Program-made: the position numbers and the translations under genes
Notes under the pieces: model-generated
The model's database searches: none
Seen by the model: the letters and a program-made list of their open reading frames with translations, nothing else
Told to the model about the DNA's origin: nothing
In this document: positions 23,477 to 29,555 of the stretch, piece after piece
How the letters are laid out: each line of letters begins with the position of its first letter
Position numbering within the stretch: the first letter of the stretch is position 1
Source: Candidatus Eiseniibacteriota bacterium
GTDB lineage: Bacteria > Eisenbacteria > RBG-16-71-46
Direction of reading: 5' to 3'
NCBI GenBank assembly: GCA_040081365.1
Contig: JBEBGT010000001.1
Location: 1-34,891, forward strand
DNA: 34,891 nucleotides

Positions 23477-25444
23477 ATGGCGGTGCGCCCCCCGCTTACA
23501 GCCGAGTGGCTGGAAGCGGATGGCCTGGGCGGGTTCGCGTCGGGCACCGTTGGCGGTGCCCGCACGCGGCGCTATCACGCGCTGTTGTTGCAGGCCACGA
23601 AGCCGCCGCTCGGGCGCTTCGTGCTCGTGAACGGTGTCGAGGCGTGGCTCGAATGGAGCGGCGAGCGCTTGCCGCTCAGCGCGCAGCGTTACGCGCCCGG
23701 TGTGACCACCGGGGACCCCGCGCACACGCTGGTGGCGTTCGAGCAGGAACCATGGCCGCGCTGGCGGTACGCGTTCGAGAGTGGCATCGAGGTCATACAC
23801 GAGTGCATCGTGCGCCACGGCCTGCCGCTGGTGCAGTTGCGCTGGCGCGTTCGCAACGTGCCTCCCGGCACCACGCTGTGCGTGCGGCCGCTGCTCTCGG
23901 GGCGCGATCCGCATGCGCTGCATCATCACAACGCCGATTTCCGCTTCGAGGCCGAGCCCTTGGGCGCCGGAGTGCGCTGGCAGCCCTACGGCAGCGTGCC
24001 CGGCGTGCTGGCGTTGGCCGACGGGCGCTACGAGCACGCGCCCGAATGGTACTGGCGCTTCACGTACGATGAAGAGCAGGCCCGAGGGCTCGATCACGAA
24101 GAGGACCTCGCCTCGCCCGGTGTGTTCCGCTGGGATCTGTCGCGCCCCGATGCCGTACTCCTGCTGGCCGCCGACACGCCCGAGGGCCGCGCTTGCCTCG
24201 GCGAAAAGGCCCCGCGCGATCTGGCAGCGAAGCTCGAACGCGCCGAGCGCACCCGGCGCGCGGCCTTCGCGGAGCCGCTGCAGCGTGCGGCCGACGCGTA
24301 CCTTGTCCAGCGCGGTGCGGGCCGCACGATCATCGCCGGCTATCCGTGGTTCGGGGACTGGGGCCGCGATACGTTCATCGCACTGCGCGGGTTCTGCCTG
24401 GTGCCGGGTCTTCCGGGCGAACGGCTCGACGTGGCGCGCGACATCCTGGTGGAATGGGCCGGCGCCGTGTCGCAGGGCATGCTGCCCAACCGCTTCCCGG
24501 ATCAGGGCGAGACGCCCGAGTACAACTCGGTGGACGCCTCGCTCTGGTATTGCATTGTGGCGGGCGAGTGGCTGGACGCCATGCGCACGAACCATCGGCG
24601 GGTCACGCTGGCCGATCGGATCCGCATCCGCGAGGCGGTCGAGGCGATCCTGGATGGCTACACGCAGGGCACGCGCTTCGGTATCCGCGCGGATGCCGAC
24701 GGTTTGCTCGCGTCCGGTGAGCCCGGCGTGCAGCTCACCTGGATGGACGCCAAGGTGGGCGACTGGGTGGTGACGCCGCGTACCGGCAAGGCGGTGGAGG
24801 TGCAGGCGCTGTGGGTGAACGCGCTCGACGCCGGGGCACGCATGGCGGCCGGTGCGCGCGCCGCGGCACGCTGGGCGCTGGCGCGCGACCTGGCGCGCGA
24901 GGCGTTCGCGGGGCGTTTCTGGAACGAGTCGCGAGCGGCACTGTATGACGTCGTGGATGCCGGTCACGTGCCGGGCGCCGACGATGCGAGCTTGCGCCCG
25001 AACATGCTGTTCGCCGTGGGCGGGCTGCCGCTCGCGCTGATCGCGGGTGAGCACGCGCGGCGTGTGGTCGACACCGCCGAGCGTGTGCTGCTCACGCCGC
25101 TCGGCCTGCGCTCGCTGGCGCCGGGCGAGCCCGGCTACGCCGCGCACTACGCGGGCGGCGTGCGCGAACGTGACGGCGCGTATCACCAGGGCACGGTGTG
25201 GCCGTGGCTCATGGGTGCGTTCATCGAGGCCTGGCTGCGCGTGCGCGGCAACAGCGAGGCCGCGAAGGCCGAGGCGCGCGATCGGTTCGTGGCCCCGCTG
25301 CTCGCGCATCGGGAACGCGCCGGGCTCGGCCATGTGAGCGAGATCGCGGACGCCGAACCGCCGTACACACCCAACGGCTGCCCGTTCCAGGCCTGGTCGG
25401 TGGGTGAGCTGATCCGCGTGGAGCAACTGACGCGCGCACTGTGA
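23477..25444 (+). CDS. Glycogen debranching enzyme family protein (amylo-alpha-1,6-glucosidase, GDE_N_bis + GDE_C)
   Basis: N-terminus EWLEADGLGGFASGTVGGARTRRYHALL, then IIAGYPWFGDWGRDTFIAL, NSVDASLWY, QLTWMDAKVGDWVVTPRTGKAVEVQALW, YHQGTVWPWLMGAF and FQAWSVGELIR. The start could instead be the in-frame GTG at 23381, immediately after the GH63 stop. Confidence 0.85.
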   Translation: MAVRPPLTAEWLEADGLGGFASGTVGGARTRRYHALLLQATKPPLGRFVLVNGVEAWLEWSGERLPLSAQRYAPGVTTGDPAHTLVAFEQEPWPRWRYAFESGIEVIHECIVRHGLPLVQLRWRVRNVPPGTTLCVRPLLSGRDPHALHHHNADFRFEAEPLGAGVRWQPYGSVPGVLALADGRYEHAPEWYWRFTYDEEQARGLDHEEDLASPGVFRWDLSRPDAVLLLAADTPEGRACLGEKAPRDLAAKLERAERTRRAAFAEPLQRAADAYLVQRGAGRTIIAGYPWFGDWGRDTFIALRGFCLVPGLPGERLDVARDILVEWAGAVSQGMLPNRFPDQGETPEYNSVDASLWYCIVAGEWLDAMRTNHRRVTLADRIRIREAVEAILDGYTQGTRFGIRADADGLLASGEPGVQLTWMDAKVGDWVVTPRTGKAVEVQALWVNALDAGARMAAGARAAARWALARDLAREAFAGRFWNESRAALYDVVDAGHVPGADDASLRPNMLFAVGGLPLALIAGEHARRVVDTAERVLLTPLGLRSLAPGEPGYAAHYAGGVRERDGAYHQGTVWPWLMGAFIEAWLRVRGNSEAAKAEARDRFVAPLLAHRERAGLGHVSEIADAEPPYTPNGCPFQAWSVGELIRVEQLTRAL

Positions 25445-25556
25445 TGCCGGCCTTGGGCGGTCCGGCCGCCTGTGGCACGAACGTCACGGCTCGGCCGTCG
25501 GCGCGACGATACCAACAGTGTCGTACGAACCGGCGTTGCATCGGGAAGGAGGCGGT

Positions 25557-25955
25557 ATGTCCACGCTTGGGGACTGGAGGGAGAAAGGGTTCGCCGACTC
25601 CCCACGCCGCGTCATCGCGGAGGGTGACGAGATCCTCTATCGCTGCTTCGGAGGCCCCAACTCGGGAGTCCTGGGACGGTGGTTCGCCCCCCTGAAGTGC
25701 AGCAGCGTTTCAGACGCGGAACTTGCCAACAACGTAGTCGTGCATGGCAACAAACTGTCGATGGTGGCCACGTTCCGTGTGCGAGCGGGAACCGAGATGT
25801 GGGTGGGGCGGGTGGACCATGGCGCCCGCGACCTCGCCGACCGGACGGCGATCCAGGTCTACATCGAACGCCCACTTGGGTGCGTGGAACTGACACACGA
25901 CGTCGAGACGCTCAGGCAGGACGTGTTCGTGAATCGCCGCACTGGCAATGTTTGA
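25557..25955 (+). CDS. Orphan hypothetical protein (132 aa), no confidently recognised family
   Basis: ATG 25557 has GGAAGGAGG upstream. No signal peptide. No same-strand partner downstream, because the next gene is convergent. Confidence 0.6.
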   Translation: MSTLGDWREKGFADSPRRVIAEGDEILYRCFGGPNSGVLGRWFAPLKCSSVSDAELANNVVVHGNKLSMVATFRVRAGTEMWVGRVDHGARDLADRTAIQVYIERPLGCVELTHDVETLRQDVFVNRRTGNV

Positions 25956-26069
25956 GTCCGTGTTCTGGCGCCACCTACATCCGATTCCACTGCGTCGCTG
26001 AGGCCGCGGCGGGTGGCGATGTGGGTGGCGGTAGATCGCCTGGGACGCACGCGCATCGAGTCGCCCGGC

Positions 26070-26678
26070 TCAGCCCTTGCGCACCACCCACGTCGTCATG
26101 CAGCGCTGGTCCTGCACAACCGTGGTCTTGAGCGGATCGAGCAGCGTGCCACCGAGCCGGCGCGTCCAGCCGAGCAGAGCGGCTTCGTTCACCAGATAGC
26201 GCTCGGAGCCGTCGGGCATGCGATACCGGCCGGGCGTCGTGGGTGTCATGCGCGCTTCCATGCCGATGTCGGACGCGAGCCGGCAGAAGAACAGCCCGCC
26301 GGGCCGGAGCACGCGCCACATGGAGCGCAGCATGGCCTCGAAGTGCGCGTCGTCGCGTGCGAAGTGCAGCACGGCGATGCTGACGATCGCGTCGACCGAG
26401 TGGTCGCCGAGCGACATCGCCTCGACGGGCTCCACGCGGAAGTTCGCATCGGACAGTGCCGGCGCGAGCCGTGCCGCCAGCGCGCGTGTCGCCGCGACGG
26501 CGTTGGCGTCACCATCGATCGCGTGCACGTCGAAGCCGGCGGACATCAGGAAGTAAGCGTTACGGCCGCTGCCGCAGCCCGCGTCGAGAACCCGCATGGG
26601 CGGCGACAAGCGGCCGCGCAGCAACTGATCGAACAGGTAGATGTCGATCGGGCCGAACTGGGTGGCCAGATCGTTCAT
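26070..26678 (-). CDS. Class I SAM-dependent methyltransferase
   Basis: Motif I VLDAGCGSGRNAYFL, post-I DVHAIDGD, and motifs II/III VDAIVSIAVLHF...LRPGGLFF. Starts 18 nt downstream of the rho stop on the same strand. Confidence 0.85.
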   Translation of the reverse strand: MNDLATQFGPIDIYLFDQLLRGRLSPPMRVLDAGCGSGRNAYFLMSAGFDVHAIDGDANAVAATRALAARLAPALSDANFRVEPVEAMSLGDHSVDAIVSIAVLHFARDDAHFEAMLRSMWRVLRPGGLFFCRLASDIGMEARMTPTTPGRYRMPDGSERYLVNEAALLGWTRRLGGTLLDPLKTTVVQDQRCMTTWVVRKG

Positions 26679-26696
26679 GCACGCTCCGCGAGCAGC

Positions 26697-28124
26697 CTAC
26701 GAATCCCCGACGCGCACCAGATTGTAGAACTCGTCGTTCGTCTTGGTGCGGTTCAGGCGGTCCACCAGCTTGAGCATCGCTTCCTGCGGCGGCATCTGCA
26801 CCAGGATGCGGCGCAGCGCCTGGAACGTGGTCAGTTGGTTGGCCGGGATCAGCTTCTCTTCCTTGCGCGTGCCGCTCTTCGGGATGTCGATGGCGGGGTA
26901 GATGCGGCGCTCGGCGAGTTCGCGCGACAGGAAGATCTCGGAGTTACCGGTGCCCTTGAACTCCTCGAAGATGATCTGGTCCATGCGCGAGCCGGTGTCG
27001 ACGAGCGCGGTACCGATGATCGTGAGCGAGCCACCGTTCTCGATCTTGCGCGCCGAGCCGAAGATCTGCCGCGGCGACTGCATGGCGTTGGAGTCGAGAC
27101 CACCCGACATCGTGCGCCCGCCGTTGCCGGCCGATGCGTTGTAGGCACGCGCCAGGCGCGTGATCGAGTCGAGCAACAGCACGACGTCCTTGCCGGCGAT
27201 GACTTCGGCGGCCACCAGGTTCATGGCACGCTCGGCGGTCTCGATGTGCTCGTCCACGCTCATGTCGCTCGAGGCGGCGATCACTTCGGCCGGGGTGTTG
27301 CGCTTGAAGTCGGTGACTTCCTCGGGACGCTCGTCCACGAGCAGCGCGTACACCTTCACTTCGGGGTGATTGTGCGCGACGGATGCGGCGATGGCCTGCA
27401 GGATGCGCGTCTTGCCGGCCTTGGGCGGTGCCACCAGCAGGCACCGCTGGCCGCGGCCCAACGGCGCGATGAGATCGATGGCGCGCCCGGTGGTGCGATC
27501 GCCATATGGCGGATCGCCTGCGCCCGCGGGTAGTTCCATGATCAGGCGATCGGTCGGGTCGAGTGCGGCGCCCGCGTTCTGCAGTTCGCGCAGGATCTCA
27601 AGGCCCGGACGCTGCGGCCGACTGCTGCGGCCCTGGGCCGGACTCGGGTTCCCGCCGCCACCGCCACCGCGCTGATTGCGCCGGTTGCGGCCGCGACGTC
27701 CACCGCCGCCCTGGTTGTTGAACTGCTGGTAACCACCGCCTTGCTGCTGCTGCGGTTGCTGCGGCGGGGGGTTGCCGCCACCACCACCACCGCGGTTGTT
27801 GCGCGGACGGCGCCGGCGACGCCGGCCACCGGAGCGATCGTAACCGCCTTGCCCGCCCTGGGTGCCATTGGGCCCGGGAGCACCGGGGCTCATCGCTCCG
27901 TCGCTCATGCCACCTCCGCTGGGGGGACCCGCGGGGGCCGAGCCGCCCGTGTGTTCGCCCGGAGGAGGGCCGCTGGACTCGGACCGGACGGAATCGCGGG
28001 CCGTGGAGCCGCCGTCGAACGGCAGCATCGGGGCAGAGGGAGGAGCATCGTTGGCGGATCCTTCAGGGGCGCCCGCGGCATCTTCCGGGCGCGTGCCGCG
28101 GGGGCGGCGACGACGTGGTCTCAT
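26697..28124 (-). CDS. rho: Transcription termination factor Rho, atypical: RecA-type ATPase domain preceded only by a low-complexity R/G/Q/N/P-rich region
   Basis: Collinear with E. coli Rho from DRLIMEL...TGRAIDLIAPLGRGQRCLLVAPPKAGKT (Walker A), through YALLVDERPEEVTDF, VVLLLDSITRLARAYN, GGSLTIIGTALVDTGSRMDQIIFEEFKGTGNSE and IYPAIDIPKSGTRKEE, to the C-terminus KTNDEFY. ATG 28124 is preceded by GGAAGGAA. GTG 28145 is an alternative start. Confidence 0.9.
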   Translation of the reverse strand: MRPRRRRPRGTRPEDAAGAPEGSANDAPPSAPMLPFDGGSTARDSVRSESSGPPPGEHTGGSAPAGPPSGGGMSDGAMSPGAPGPNGTQGGQGGYDRSGGRRRRRRPRNNRGGGGGGNPPPQQPQQQQGGGYQQFNNQGGGGRRGRNRRNQRGGGGGGNPSPAQGRSSRPQRPGLEILRELQNAGAALDPTDRLIMELPAGAGDPPYGDRTTGRAIDLIAPLGRGQRCLLVAPPKAGKTRILQAIAASVAHNHPEVKVYALLVDERPEEVTDFKRNTPAEVIAASSDMSVDEHIETAERAMNLVAAEVIAGKDVVLLLDSITRLARAYNASAGNGGRTMSGGLDSNAMQSPRQIFGSARKIENGGSLTIIGTALVDTGSRMDQIIFEEFKGTGNSEIFLSRELAERRIYPAIDIPKSGTRKEEKLIPANQLTTFQALRRILVQMPPQEAMLKLVDRLNRTKTNDEFYNLVRVGDS

Positions 28125-28764
28125 GACATTCCTTCCGGCGCGCACTTGTCGTGCACCGGGGGTGGAACTGTGCGCTGCGCGGCTTGGCGAGCCCGTGCTC
28201 GACGCGGTTCGACCGGTGAGCGCTTTCCGGGGCGATGGCCGTGTGCTTCTACGGTGGCATCACGCGCACGGAACTCTGGGCGCTCGCCTGCTTGCTGCCG
28301 GTGGGCGGCTCTTGGCTCACCCCGGCGTCACCGGCGCCCGACAACGGCCACTCGGTGGGGAATCGTTCGGCGACAAGGGCAACCGCGAACGGTGCCTGAC
28401 GCCATGGGCCTCGGCCTTCTGTTCCCAGTGCACGAGGCTACGGGTTGGGAACCTACACGCTCGATCGCCGTCGCGCCAATTGTGATGCACGCGGTTCGCG
28501 TGTCGAGCCGGACGCGGGGGAGCACATCGAGAGAACTCGGCGCGGTGGTGCAGCTACCGCGGCTCCAGCGCGAAGAAGGTGACGCCGTCATTATCGGCAT
28601 GGGGGCGGGGGAATTCAAGTGGGCGTTTTCGGCCCCCCCGGCCGAATGCCTGCGCCCCGTCCGATGCGTCGCCACGTGGCCGGATGTCCGCGATGTGTGT
28701 GCCAGTTCGCCCCGGGGCCTGTGATCCGGGGTCCTGTTGGCCGTCGGCACCGCACCTGCCGCGT

Positions 28765-29319
28765 TCAGCGGCCGGCGTTCCCTGCCCAGGTCTGATCCGG
28801 CACACCCGCGCGATGGTTCGCGAAGCGCGCCATGACGAACAACAGGTCGGCCACACGATTGAGCCAGCGCACGACGCGAGGCTGCACGGTGTCGTGCGTG
28901 GCGAGCGCGGTCACGCGGCGTTCGGCGCGGCGGCACACGGTGCGCGCGTGATGCAGCGCGGCCGCGAGCAGCGTGCCGCCCGGCAGCACGAAGCGCGTGA
29001 GCGGTGCGAGTTCCGATTCGAGCCGGTCGATCTCGCGCTCGAGCGCGGTGATGTCGTCGTCGCTCACGAGCACCAGCTTGCCGAGCATGCTGGCATCGAC
29101 CGTTGCGAGTTCCGCGCCCACCTGGAAGCAGGCGGTCTGGAGCGTGGCGATGAGTTCGCCGAACACACGCCCCGTGTCGTGCGCCTGCGCGAGCCCAAGC
29201 ACGGCGTTCAGTTCGTCGACGCTGCCGTACGCCTCGACGCGGGCGTCGTGCTTGGGCACGCGATCCTTGCCGAGCAGTCCCGTGGTGCCGTCATCGCCGG
29301 TACGCGTGTAGATCTTCAT
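28765..29319 (-). CDS. PduO-type ATP:cob(I)alamin (cob(I)yrinic acid a,c-diamide) adenosyltransferase
   Basis: The internal ATG 29319 gives the canonical N-terminus MKIYTRTGDDGTTGLLGKDRVPKHDARVEAYGSVDELNAVLG. Also FVLPGG...AALHHARTVCRRAER. The upstream 74 codons of ORF 28765..29541 are not homologous to this family. Confidence 0.9.
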   Translation of the reverse strand: MKIYTRTGDDGTTGLLGKDRVPKHDARVEAYGSVDELNAVLGLAQAHDTGRVFGELIATLQTACFQVGAELATVDASMLGKLVLVSDDDITALEREIDRLESELAPLTRFVLPGGTLLAAALHHARTVCRRAERRVTALATHDTVQPRVVRWLNRVADLLFVMARFANHRAGVPDQTWAGNAGR

Positions 29320-29555
29320 GGGGCGGAGTGTAGCGGGGTGTGCGGGGGCCGTCACATCGGGTGCGACGGTTCCGGGTTCCCGAGCCCGAGCGATTCCCGG
29401 GTCACCGCCTTGGGGCGAGCGCGACACATAGGCACAGCCCGCGGCGGAACGTGGGCGGAATCTGTTTCCGGTTCCGCGGCTGACCTGCGCTCTCCAGCGG
29501 TAGCAGGGGGTGCGAATCCGCATCGCCAGTCCCCGAGCCATCCTCAGGAGGCCTC

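Noticed and set aside
28404-28724. Plus-strand ORF of ~106 aa (MGLGLLFPVHEATGW...) inside the long rho upstream region.
   Set aside because: It has no ribosome-binding site and no recognisable domain. Its third-position GC is lower than in the confident genes. It is kept only as a caveat under the rho-leader finding.
29440-29555. Cobalamin-riboswitch-like fragments next to the B12 adenosyltransferase gene. The plus strand has GGCTGAC..GCGC..AGCGGTA, GGTGCGAATCCGC, GCCAGT and GAGCCA...GGAGGCC. The minus strand has GGGAACCCGG...CCCGATGTGA.
   Set aside because: The elements are out of canonical order. GGTG.AATCC should precede GC.G..CCCGC.AC.GTA. There is no intact B12 box, and the plus-strand version would regulate a beta-helix cargo protein rather than the corrinoid gene. 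It is probably chance similarity in GC-rich DNA. An Infernal search with RF00174/RF01689 would settle it.
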